Positions 1 to 8,222 of a stretch of 64,000 bases of DNA are shown piece by piece. The DNA comes from a virus. Within the stretch, counting starts at the first letter, position 1, and every line of letters starts with the position of its first letter. Location of the stretch: positions 25,078-89,077 of the IMG/VR virus record IMGVR_UViG_3300045988_129305; one strand, 5' to 3'. The notes beneath the pieces were generated by a model that was given only the letters and a program-made list of their open reading frames with translations, ran no database searches and had not been told where the DNA came from. The position numbers and the translations under genes are program-made.

Positions 1-160
1 ATAGAATGTATATCCATTGGCTGGGTTCAGGGCAATATGAGATATATAATTCTATTAAGGGTTTATATATATTAGGCCGAGAAGCCACACATCAACAGGT
101 TAAATCAGTTGTATTTGGGCTTATTGATAATATTAATAAGCTGGAAGGGGGCGATGCTTA

Positions 161-1435
161 ATGGCATTTAAGTTTTTTGATAATGCTATAATCAATGAAG
201 CACAGCCTATGCCCGATGAAATGTATCGTGAACAACAACAACAGTATATATTAGAACAATGGGATAATACTTCGGCTTTAGTTACTATGCAAGAACAGCA
301 AGGGCTTGGTAGTAATGAATATAAGTGTCTTGAGGTATGGATTGATTCTACTATTGCTGATACCACAACTGGCTCAAAAAATCCTTTTGATTTCAATAAA
401 ATAGTTTTCAAAGATATTAATCATACCACCATGTGGGGATTAATGTATAAATTTGAGAATAACTATTGGATAGTACATAGTTATACGCCGTGGGATGGAG
501 TTGTTCAGTCATGTGGGATAAGAAGATGTAACAATCGGCTAAAAATAATCGACCCTGAAAATGGCGCTATATTTAGTATACCATGTGTGGTTAATTATGA
601 TATGGCGGCGAGTAGCCTTAAAGTATCAAGATATATCAATACGCCGAGTAACCATGCAACAGTAATGGTTCAAGGTAATGAAGATACATTAAGATTATTT
701 AAGACAAATACCAGATATATGTTGTCTGGTAGACCGTTTAAGCTGTTAGGCTATCAAAACGCCGTTGAGCATGATTTAACATTACAACACGATACATTAT
801 TATACTTAGAGCTATATCTTGATGAATTACATGATGGTGATGATATTGTTACTGGCGTGGCTGATAATGGCAAATATGAATATTCACTGAATATAAGTGA
901 AGATATTCAGGCTGTTAAAGGCGCGACTGGTAAAATCAATACTACTGTTTTGCTGAATGGCAATGAGGTAAGCCGAGATATAGTATGGGATTATGATAAT
1001 ACTATAATAAATATTGCCGATGATGGTTCTTACACGATTATTGGTGATGTGGGCGATAAAGCCACTATTACAGCATATCTCAAGGGCAATCCCGATGTTC
1101 ATGCTCAATGCGTGGTAGAAGTTGTAGAAACGTCGGCTGATGTATGGAGCATAGATGCTGAACCTGAAATATCTATTATCAAACAATATGAGTCTATTGA
1201 TGTAACATATACTCTCTATAGAAATAATATTAAACAAGATAATATAATAGTCGGAATAAATGTCAATAGTGATAATATATCTATTACATCTATGAGCGTA
1301 AATACATATAAATTCACTGGTGTTAAGATTAGTCCTGAGCCGGTTGAATATAGTATTGAGGCCAAAGATATTAATGGTGATATAGTATATACTGAGGCTA
1401 AATCTATAACTGTTACAAGTATGTTAGGAGGTTAA
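161..1435 (+). CDS. virion structural protein, function unassigned; C-terminal Ig-like beta-rich region
   Basis: 424-aa ORF. Purine-rich SD (GGAAGGGGG) about 9 nt upstream of ATG 161. First ORF of a tightly packed same-strand late operon. The C-terminal third looks Ig-like (e.g. ATITAYLKGNPDVHAQCVVEVV). No family recognised with confidence. Confidence 0.7.
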   Translation: MAFKFFDNAIINEAQPMPDEMYREQQQQYILEQWDNTSALVTMQEQQGLGSNEYKCLEVWIDSTIADTTTGSKNPFDFNKIVFKDINHTTMWGLMYKFENNYWIVHSYTPWDGVVQSCGIRRCNNRLKIIDPENGAIFSIPCVVNYDMAASSLKVSRYINTPSNHATVMVQGNEDTLRLFKTNTRYMLSGRPFKLLGYQNAVEHDLTLQHDTLLYLELYLDELHDGDDIVTGVADNGKYEYSLNISEDIQAVKGATGKINTTVLLNGNEVSRDIVWDYDNTIINIADDGSYTIIGDVGDKATITAYLKGNPDVHAQCVVEVVETSADVWSIDAEPEISIIKQYESIDVTYTLYRNNIKQDNIIVGINVNSDNISITSMSVNTYKFTGVKISPEPVEYSIEAKDINGDIVYTEAKSITVTSMLGG

Positions 1436-1438
1436 TGT

Positions 1439-2008
1439 ATGTATAATAGTTTATCTGCTTTGCCTACTAGCTTATATAAAATACTTGAATATCTTGTAGT
1501 TAATAATGAGAATATATGGAAGATGCTTAAATATAACAGTTATGATGCTTTGAGTCAGCCGAATTTGACCGTAAGCGAGAAATTAGATTTCTTATGGCAA
1601 ACTGGACCTCAAGAAAAACATGGTGTGTTTTTAACTAATTTAGTTGAAGATGCTATATGTGAAAGCAAGTGTATATTTAAGCTATATAATTATCATGTCT
1701 ATGCAAGTCCGAGCGAATATTTATCTACGGCTGTATATGAATTTGATTTCTTATATGGCGGCACTATGGCGCTGGTTGATTATAATGGCATTCCTACTAA
1801 TCGAGGGACGCTATTTATTCACGAGATATTAAATACACTTAATGGTGTTTATATCGGCGGCGTAGGAAAATTAATATTCAATGATGATCAAGCAAGATAT
1901 GATGCGGCTCATAGTGTTATTGGTAATAGCAAAACATTCACAGGAGTACAAATGTGGTTAAGTACGCAAATGGGCGATTCTGGCGCGGAGGTTGGATGTG
2001 GCGATTGA
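1439..2008 (+). CDS. hypothetical late protein
   Basis: 189-aa ORF starting 4 nt after the previous stop, in the same-strand operon. No motif recognised. Confidence 0.6.
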   Translation: MYNSLSALPTSLYKILEYLVVNNENIWKMLKYNSYDALSQPNLTVSEKLDFLWQTGPQEKHGVFLTNLVEDAICESKCIFKLYNYHVYASPSEYLSTAVYEFDFLYGGTMALVDYNGIPTNRGTLFIHEILNTLNGVYIGGVGKLIFNDDQARYDAAHSVIGNSKTFTGVQMWLSTQMGDSGAEVGCGD

Positions 2009-2852
2009 TATTGGGTTTCTTAATGAAGCCTATTTTACATTCGATAAACCCGTTCCCTATCCGCTCAAATGCGGCAAAACTTTGTATATAAATCCTGTTA
2101 AACTTGAAGATTCTATGATTTTTATGACAAGTTATGGAATTTTAGATATAGATAAAAATCTTAGCACAGCCGTAGAAATAATCCAAATGTCATATCTTAA
2201 ATTTCTTAAAGAAAAGGTACTAATAGACAGTGCTACTAAACAACAATTAGTCAATATATGTTTATTATGTCTCGGCTTTGAATTGCCATATTTAGATTAT
2301 GATAATAAAGGCCGAGCTTTATTAGTCAATGCGGTTCGTGATACAGATACTAATGAATATAAATTAGACCTGGTTATAACGGCTAAAGAATTTGATGATA
2401 TAAAGCGAATTGTTCTTTATCAGAATCTACCTAATTTTGATGACGAATATGTCAATCCTGAATTAAAGGCGAATATGGCCGAATATGACGAGTTAAAGGC
2501 TAAAGGTATTAATCCGCCTAATCTTGAGCGGCGCATGGCTATTATCTCGGCTCACACCGGGTTAACTAAAGTTGAACAATTGGCTATGACATTACGTTAT
2601 CATAGTTTATTATTCTCTGAGGTATCTGGCGAAGTTGAGTATATGGTTACTAAGCCGTTGGCTATGTATGCTGGTAAGTCTGATAATGTTCAGTGGATAT
2701 TTAAGAAATCTAAGGGCAAGTATGATGATTATATTACGTCTGTTGAAAGTTATAATAAATCTATGGGTGGAGATGGTATGATTCATGCTGTCTCACAAGG
2801 AAATAATAGTGGAGATTTAACTTCACAATTCGATAAATTTATAGGAGGATAA
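1992..2852 (+). CDS. hypothetical late protein
   Basis: 286-aa ORF overlapping the previous ORF by 17 nt. Its stop lies 3 nt before the ATG of the split structural gene. Confidence 0.6.
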   Translation: MDVAIDIGFLNEAYFTFDKPVPYPLKCGKTLYINPVKLEDSMIFMTSYGILDIDKNLSTAVEIIQMSYLKFLKEKVLIDSATKQQLVNICLLCLGFELPYLDYDNKGRALLVNAVRDTDTNEYKLDLVITAKEFDDIKRIVLYQNLPNFDDEYVNPELKANMAEYDELKAKGINPPNLERRMAIISAHTGLTKVEQLAMTLRYHSLLFSEVSGEVEYMVTKPLAMYAGKSDNVQWIFKKSKGKYDDYITSVESYNKSMGGDGMIHAVSQGNNSGDLTSQFDKFIGG

Positions 2853-2855
2853 AAA

Positions 2856-2929
2856 ATGGCTCAGAATCATTTTCTGGCGGGTGTTGGTCGTGCACTCCTC
2901 TTCGATTCTAATAATCTTATAGGTGTGGT
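2856..2929 (+). CDS. major tail-tube-like structural protein, exon 1 (boundary approximate)
   Basis: ATG 2856 follows GGAGGA. The frame (MAQNHFLAGVGRALLFDSNNLIGVV) closes at TAA 2934. The exon end UGUGGU(2929) can pair with intron GCCAUG (2939-2944) as a P1 helix with U.G at the splice site. Confidence 0.6.
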
Positions 2930-3298
2930 AAAATAATAGCCATGCACATTTTGTGAAAAGTGTGTACTTTGGGTTAAATGCTGGCAATCCCTAAAGCTTA
3001 CATACCTAAACAGTAGTTAGAAATGACAAGCTGAATGGTTACGAAAGTAGAAAAAAGTTGTAAGATAGATATATGGTTAAATCCTAAGTATCTATACAAT
3101 GGGTCTTCAGCAACGAAATCCCTAAGTCTATAAAGATATGGGAAACGCTCAACGACTATCCCTTTGCGAGGGAGTAGGGGCAAGTGCTCCAAAAAATCCA
3201 CTTCTTAACAAATAAGAAGAACATATAGTCTTATCTCATGTGAAAGCATGAGCAGTTTATTTTGCTCGAATAAACGGCATAAGCCTAACGAACTTATG
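2930..3298 (+). ncRNA. group I self-splicing intron (phage td/IA2-like core), ORF-less
   Basis: 370-nt ORF-free gap between two in-frame coding pieces. Core motifs are CAACGACTATCC (3150-3161), GGAGTAGGGGCAAGTGCTCC (3170-3189) and ACATATAGTC (3221-3230, J8/7-P7-type). It starts after a U and ends in G 3298. Its length is a multiple of 3, as needed because both exons are in the same frame. Confidence 0.75.
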
Positions 3299-4310
3299 TG
3301 AAAATTATGCAAAGACCTTAACTGAGAGCACCTTTAATTTTAGTATATCCAATGAAGAGATTCGTGGCGGTAGCGGTAATGCACTGTTTGGCAAGTATTT
3401 CCATGACAGTAATCTTGCGATTACGCTTACGGATGCCATGTTTAAGCTCGAATATGTTGCGGCGAATCTTGGCGTTGATATTGAGCAGGGCGGTCTGTCT
3501 GTTTATGAGTCCCCTGCTCAGGGCGAAACTATTGGCACTGGCGGCGTAATTACTCTTACTAATACTGCCGTTGCATTTAATGGCTCCATTATCGGTTGGT
3601 ATAAGAAGCCCTCTGATAATTATTGGACTATTGCAAATATTGTTGGCAATAAGATAACTATTCCTGACTATCAGACTGGTGATAGTTATTGTATTAAGTA
3701 TTTCTATCAGAATCAGAACGCACGTCATATTACTATTAATACTCAGTATGTGCCCAAGACGCTTCATGTTGTTATTCTTAACGACCTGTTCTCTGGCGAT
3801 ACTAAGGACGTTGCAAATGCAAGTAAGTATGGTCGTCTGATTACTGATATTCCCAGTTTCCAGCTGGACGGTAATCAAGACCTTAATTTAACTGCAACTT
3901 CTGCGGCAACTGTTTCTCTGACTGGTAACGCTCTTGGCGTTGAGTCTGGTGATAGTTGTGAGGAAGAGCCGTATTATGGCACTATGACTGAGGAAATCTT
4001 TGGCGCGAACTGGAAGGATGATGTTGTTGCTCTCGCTATTGAGAACGCCGATATCGAGCTTGCTACTGGCGCTAAGGAGACTCTGGTTGTTCGTGCGGTT
4101 TATGGCGGTTCTGTTGCTTCTGCTCGTATTGATAATGCTGATGTAACGTTTGCTATTGAGGAGGGTACTTCTGGCTCTTCTACGGTAATTGAAGTCGGTG
4201 CTAACACTGGCGTTATTACCGCTAAGGCGGCTGGTAATGCTGTGGTTTCTGCAACGCTTACTGGTCATCCCAATATTGTTGCATACGCTACTGTTGAAGT
4301 TACTGGCTGA
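3299..4310 (+). CDS. major tail-tube-like structural protein, exon 2, with C-terminal Big_2-type Ig domain
   Basis: The frame is open from 3252, well upstream of the track ATG 3438 (..ENYAKTLTESTFNFSISNEEIRGGSGNALFGKYFHD..). The C-terminus (TLVVRAVYGG..VVSATLTGHPNIVAYATVEVTG) is Big_2-like. A strong terminator follows. The tail-tube assignment rests on position and the Ig domain only. Confidence 0.75.
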
Positions 4311-4324
4311 TATAAATTAATTTA

Positions 4325-4360
4325 TAAGGAGATTAGTTAATTCTAATCTCCTTATTTTTT
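4325..4360 (+). terminator. rho-independent terminator
   Basis: 12-bp stem TAAGGAGATTAG / CTAATCTCCTTA, 6-nt loop, then T6. Confidence 0.8.
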
Positions 4361-4372
4361 AAGGAGACAAGA

Positions 4373-4678
4373 ATGAGTTGTCAATATAGATACGACAGCA
4401 ATAAATGCAAGAAATTAAACGATGTATGTATTGTTATGTATTGGTGCAATAAGATAATGGGTTGGAAAGAAATAAGTCGAGCCAAAGAGGTATGTAAGTA
4501 TATGAGTGATGAAATGATTGATGTGCCGAAAGGTTATACTAAAATCGAATTTGTTCGGCATGGCAAATTATATATTAATATAGATGGAGTTGTCAGACCT
4601 TATGATAACCCATTTGATGATATTCCGCAATATGTAAAAGTAAAGAAAACAAAAAATGGCTACAAGTTTGAGAAATAA
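4373..4678 (+). CDS. hypothetical Cys-rich protein
   Basis: 101-aa ORF. AAGGAGA SD upstream of ATG 4373. Several Cys in the N-terminus. Confidence 0.6.
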   Translation: MSCQYRYDSNKCKKLNDVCIVMYWCNKIMGWKEISRAKEVCKYMSDEMIDVPKGYTKIEFVRHGKLYINIDGVVRPYDNPFDDIPQYVKVKKTKNGYKFEK

Positions 4679-4694
4679 AAGGAGATAAAAAGAA

Positions 4695-5093
4695 ATGAAG
4701 GAATTAGTACCAGAAAAGAGGTATCTCGAAGAATATGATGTTAATGTTATTTGTCATTTAACACCAGCTCAAATTGATGATATTGCAAAGACTGTTGCCA
4801 ATCTTAATACGTGGCTTGAGCGTGAGCAAATGATTTGTTATAAAATTCTATGCTATACGACAGATATAGGCGAAGAGAAAATTGAAGAGCTTGACCCCGA
4901 TATGATTGCTATGAGCGGTCTTTATCATGAGGTTAAAATGAACATACGTAATTCTTTTGATATTTATGCCGCCATTAAGCATTATGAGTCACCCGTCAGA
5001 ATGTTAGCTGATATAGCTCAAAATATGCCTGAATTGCTTGAACACCTTAAAGGTATAGATATTAAGGATGTTATAGGAAATGCCAACGTTTGA
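4695..5093 (+). CDS. hypothetical protein (tail assembly chaperone by position only)
   Basis: 132-aa ORF with AAGGAGA SD, lying between the tail-tube-like gene and the tape measure. Confidence 0.55.
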   Translation: MKELVPEKRYLEEYDVNVICHLTPAQIDDIAKTVANLNTWLEREQMICYKILCYTTDIGEEKIEELDPDMIAMSGLYHEVKMNIRNSFDIYAAIKHYESPVRMLADIAQNMPELLEHLKGIDIKDVIGNANV

Positions 5094-5577
5094 GAACGAC
5101 GAAGAATTATCCAAGGCCGCAACTGATAGGCTTGACCAAGCTATGAATTATATGATGGGCGAATTGCTTATAGAGAATGAAAAGAAAGTTCAAAAGACAG
5201 TATATGACGCATATTCGCCTGATGTCTATAAGCGTACTGACGATTTTAAGTTGGCTTGGGATATAGATCACTCAAAATCGGATAAATCAGTTGAGGGCGA
5301 ATTTTATTTTGAGCCGAGTTATTTATCTGTTGATGCCGACGACTTACAACACACTGATATATATGGTGAATCAATGGCTGATGAAATGGCAGATTTAATA
5401 TATCAAAGTGGTCCCGGTTTATTTCATAGACCAACGAAACGTAATGCTTGGAAGAAAACAGATAAATGGTTTAGTAAAAATAAAATAATAGAATTATATC
5501 AGCGCGGCATGAAACGAGCTGGGCTACCTGTTAAGAAATCAAGCGGTGATCCGGTTAAAACATCACATGAGGATTAA
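5080..5577 (+). CDS. hypothetical late protein
   Basis: 165-aa ORF overlapping the previous ORF by 14 nt in another frame. No slippery heptamer seen. Confidence 0.55.
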   Translation: MPTFENDEELSKAATDRLDQAMNYMMGELLIENEKKVQKTVYDAYSPDVYKRTDDFKLAWDIDHSKSDKSVEGEFYFEPSYLSVDADDLQHTDIYGESMADEMADLIYQSGPGLFHRPTKRNAWKKTDKWFSKNKIIELYQRGMKRAGLPVKKSSGDPVKTSHED

Positions 5578-6111
5578 ATGAGAAGTAATTGTATCATGGG
5601 CTTAGATTTATCTACATCTTGTACTGGATATAGTATATTTGATAAATCCGGCCTTATAGCGTATGGCAAAATTAAGCCAAAGAATAAAGATTGGCGAGAA
5701 CGTATAGAGGAACAAGCAATATCATTGGGTGATATAATGCGCAAATACCACCCAATAAGGGCGTATATAGAAGATGTACCATTAAAGCCCGGTTCGTCAA
5801 CATTGGTAAAATTAGGGGCTATGCAAGGTATGATATTGGCTTTATGTAGTCAATATAATTGTAAACCAATATTTCTTTTACCTGTTCATTGGCGAAAAGA
5901 GCTTGATTTATATGATGGTACTCGACAAGGATTACAGAGAGACATACTTAAACAAAAAGCCGTACAGACGGTGAATGACGAATTTGGCATTGGGCTTAAT
6001 TGGGTTTCACCTAAAAGCAAATTAAATGATGATGATATTGCTGAGGGTATACTTATAGCTTATAGCCAAATCATGAAATACAGACGTAGCCAAGAGAATA
6101 AATCACAATAA
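5578..6111 (+). CDS. RuvC-like Holliday junction resolvase
   Basis: GLDLSTSCTGYS (catalytic Asp), AYIEDV (Glu) and DDDIAEGILIAY (C-terminal Asp pair). Size is typical of RuvC-fold phage resolvases. Confidence 0.75.
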   Translation: MRSNCIMGLDLSTSCTGYSIFDKSGLIAYGKIKPKNKDWRERIEEQAISLGDIMRKYHPIRAYIEDVPLKPGSSTLVKLGAMQGMILALCSQYNCKPIFLLPVHWRKELDLYDGTRQGLQRDILKQKAVQTVNDEFGIGLNWVSPKSKLNDDDIAEGILIAYSQIMKYRRSQENKSQ

Positions 6112-6126
6112 GGAGTGTGATGGATA

Positions 6127-6489
6127 TTGGCGAATAGCGCATGGAAAATTAAAGTCGGCGTTGACCTTGACACTAGCGAGATTGATGCTAAACTACAAGA
6201 AAAGCAAAGCAAGCTAACAGTTAAAGCAAGTGGTGCTGAAGAAGTTGGGAAGTTAGGTAAAGCGACAGAGGAAGCCGATAACAAGGCTAAAGCTGCCGGT
6301 TTAACTTATCAACAGTATAGACTTATATTAGATAATTGTGCCAAGGCAATAACTAGTATGGCTGAACAGACAAAGAAGTTAGATTCTGCACAAACAGAGT
6401 TCAAGAAAGTCTCCGATTTGTCTGGCAAGTCATTAGATGATTACACTAAAAAGCTTGCCGATATGGGTAAGCAAGTTGGACGTAGCGGT
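6127..6489 (+). CDS. tail tape measure protein, exon 1
   Basis: TTG start 11 nt after AAGGAG. Coiled-coil N-terminus ..FKKVSDLSGKSLDDYTKKLADMGKQVGRSG. Exon end GCGGU(6489) can pair with intron GCCGC (6502-6506) as P1 with U.G. Confidence 0.7.
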
Positions 6490-6851
6490 TAACTTTTCTG
6501 AGCCGCCGTGATGGGATGGTAAACCAGCACGAAGAATAGCTCCTAAACCCTTGAAAGCCTCAAGAGCCTTGCCACCACAACATAAGGATGAGATAGGCCT
6601 AAGTGTGAAAAATATGTAGATTTGCTCCACATAATATAAAATTATGCAACTACATGGTGAGAAATCAATAAAACGGCAAGGATAATATATGGTCGAAAGA
6701 CCTAAGTATTATGTCACGAATATTATATAATAAACGGGACAAAAGGGCAGATTGGGCGCGAAGTCCTGATGAGGGATGTGTCAACAGACTATACAGAGCA
6801 GTCCACCAATTTATAGGATGAAGAAATAGTCGATAAGTAATTGAAAACTAC

Positions 6852-6880
6852 TTGACAAAAGATTCATTATGTGTTATGGT
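6852..6880 (+). promoter_or_regulatory. sigma-A-type promoter inside the intron region
   Basis: TTGACA (6852-6857), 17-nt spacer ending TGTGT, TATGGT (6875-6880). The only + strand copy of the promoter type used by the - strand early genes. Confidence 0.6.
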
Positions 6881-6906
6881 TGAATCAACCAAAGGAGGTT
6901 GATTAT

Positions 6907-7113
6907 ATGTTTATGGTGATTGTTGTTGTAGTTATTATTGTACCAGTTGTGTATATTACATTTTTTGCAAGTATTATACATTCATTGGTTACAAAGCCTA
7001 AAACAAGTGATAGTAATAGACATGTTCCTTCTGAGACTCAGATAAAAACTGAAGAGGAAGAAGGACTCGAACAGTATGGTGAATTTTTTGATGAACATTA
7101 TTTTTGGCCTTGA
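6907..7113 (+). CDS. small single-pass membrane protein with acidic tail, intron-embedded
   Basis: ATG 6907 about 8 nt after AAAGGAGG. MFMVIVVVVIIVPVVYITFFASII.. is a hydrophobic helix followed by an acidic tail (TEEEEGLEQYGEFFDE). The SD lies in an 8-bp hairpin AATCAACC/GGTTGATT. Confidence 0.6.
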   Translation: MFMVIVVVVIIVPVVYITFFASIIHSLVTKPKTSDSNRHVPSETQIKTEEEEGLEQYGEFFDEHYFWP

Positions 7114-7409
7114 TTAATTAGTCAGAAATGATTGAGGCTGCAACTAAATAATTTGGTTGAGTATATGGCGACATATATAATGAATGGGGTGAATTGCTGG
7201 GAAGCCCTTAGAGTCTTACATACCGAAGTGTGACAATTGTAAGAATTGGGTAATCAGCAGCTAAGCCAATATTGAGTTATTGGAAAGTCCAACGACTAAG
7301 ATTGAAATAATATCTGTAGGATTCAAGTGAGTCCGAAGTGCTCCATATCTATTGATAAATAGATAAAGATATAGTCTAAACTTATGTGAAAATATAAGAG
7401 GTGTTTATA

Positions 7410-8216
7410 ATGAGAAATAATAAATTAAAAGAAATTCAAGCATGGTGTGAAGGGCACAATATAAAACCCTATAATATTCGCAATGTTGTTCGAGGTGGCA
7501 AGACAGAAATAAAACTCACTTGTTCCTGTAAAGAATGTGGAGAGCGATACGATATTATGTGGTGTAGTTTGAAAGTCCAGACCTATCCGGGGCTATGTAC
7601 TAAATGTGCGCATAAGCGCTCTCAAGAAGGTCGCAGACTGTCGGCTCAAAAGGTAATAAGCTTGTTTGAAAAGTATGGCTACAAAGTCCTTACGCCTGTT
7701 GATAGAATTAAACCGATTGGTAAACAGCAGCTTTATAATAGGTCTATTGTTACGATTCAAGATAAATATGGAACTACTTATGATATATGTTGGAACAATT
7801 TTCACAATAGATTACAGTATTATCTTGATATAAACGATGGTGGACATTGTGCTGAGGGTGATAGAGATTTAAGTTGTTTAGAGCAAAAAGTAGCTGATTA
7901 TTTAGACGAATTGTGTATAAGTTATAAGCGCGAATTTAAGTTTTCTGATTGTCGTGGCAATAAAAGAATGTTGCCTTTTGATTTTTGCCTGAATTATGAT
8001 AAACCTAATAGGTTATTAATCGAAGCTGATGGGGAGCGACATTATAAAGAATATTTTGTTGAATTGCGCAAATATGATAAAATAAAAGATTATTATTGCA
8101 ACTCTCATAATATTCCCTTACTTAGAATCCCTTATTGGGAGTTCGACGATGATACTTACAAACAAAGTATAGATAATTTTATAAACACTAATAGTAGTAA
8201 CGATACTATTGAATAA
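7410..8216 (+). CDS. intron-encoded homing endonuclease, Vsr/PD-(D/E)xK (EDxHD-like) type with N-terminal zinc finger
   Basis: ATG 7410 after AAGAGGTG. CSCKECG..CTKC zinc finger. The C-terminal PFDFCL..LLIEADGERHY..IPLLRIPYWE matches the Vsr/DUF559-like nuclease core. It sits 3' of the intron P7 motif and ends 6 nt before the proposed 3' splice site. Confidence 0.75.
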   Translation: MRNNKLKEIQAWCEGHNIKPYNIRNVVRGGKTEIKLTCSCKECGERYDIMWCSLKVQTYPGLCTKCAHKRSQEGRRLSAQKVISLFEKYGYKVLTPVDRIKPIGKQQLYNRSIVTIQDKYGTTYDICWNNFHNRLQYYLDINDGGHCAEGDRDLSCLEQKVADYLDELCISYKREFKFSDCRGNKRMLPFDFCLNYDKPNRLLIEADGERHYKEYFVELRKYDKIKDYYCNSHNIPLLRIPYWEFDDDTYKQSIDNFINTNSSNDTIE

Positions 8217-8222
8217 TGATTG

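Larger units (their letters stand above)
6490..8222 (+). ncRNA. composite intervening sequence: two group I intron cores plus two embedded ORFs
   Basis: Core A (about 6490-6850) shares AAGGATAATATATGGTCGAAAGACCTAAGTAT, CAACAGACTATA and GAAGAAATAGTC with the 2930-3298 intron. Core B (about 7125-7400) has a td-like 5' end GATTGAGGCTG..TGAGTATATGGCGACATATA, plus CAACGACTAAG, GTAGGATTCAAGTGAGTCC, GTGCTCC and AGATATAGTC (7367-7376). Removing 6490-8222 (starts after a U, ends in G) joins the two TMP pieces in frame. Confidence 0.65.

Noticed and set aside
2998-3201. 67-aa - strand ORF inside the first intron, a possible intron-encoded protein
   Set aside because: It is antisense to the intron, has no SD and no nuclease motifs, and overlaps the conserved catalytic-core sequences.
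3318-4268. Two - strand ORFs (186 and 126 aa) inside the major tail-tube-like gene
   Set aside because: They are antisense shadows of a strongly supported + strand gene. Their translations are low-complexity and there are no SD sites.
4695-5577. Programmed frameshift between the two ORFs preceding the tape measure (G/GT-like tail chaperone pair)
   Set aside because: The second ORF has its own ATG and a partial SD. The 14-nt overlap contains no recognisable slippery heptamer, and the ORFs are separated from the TMP by the RuvC-like gene.
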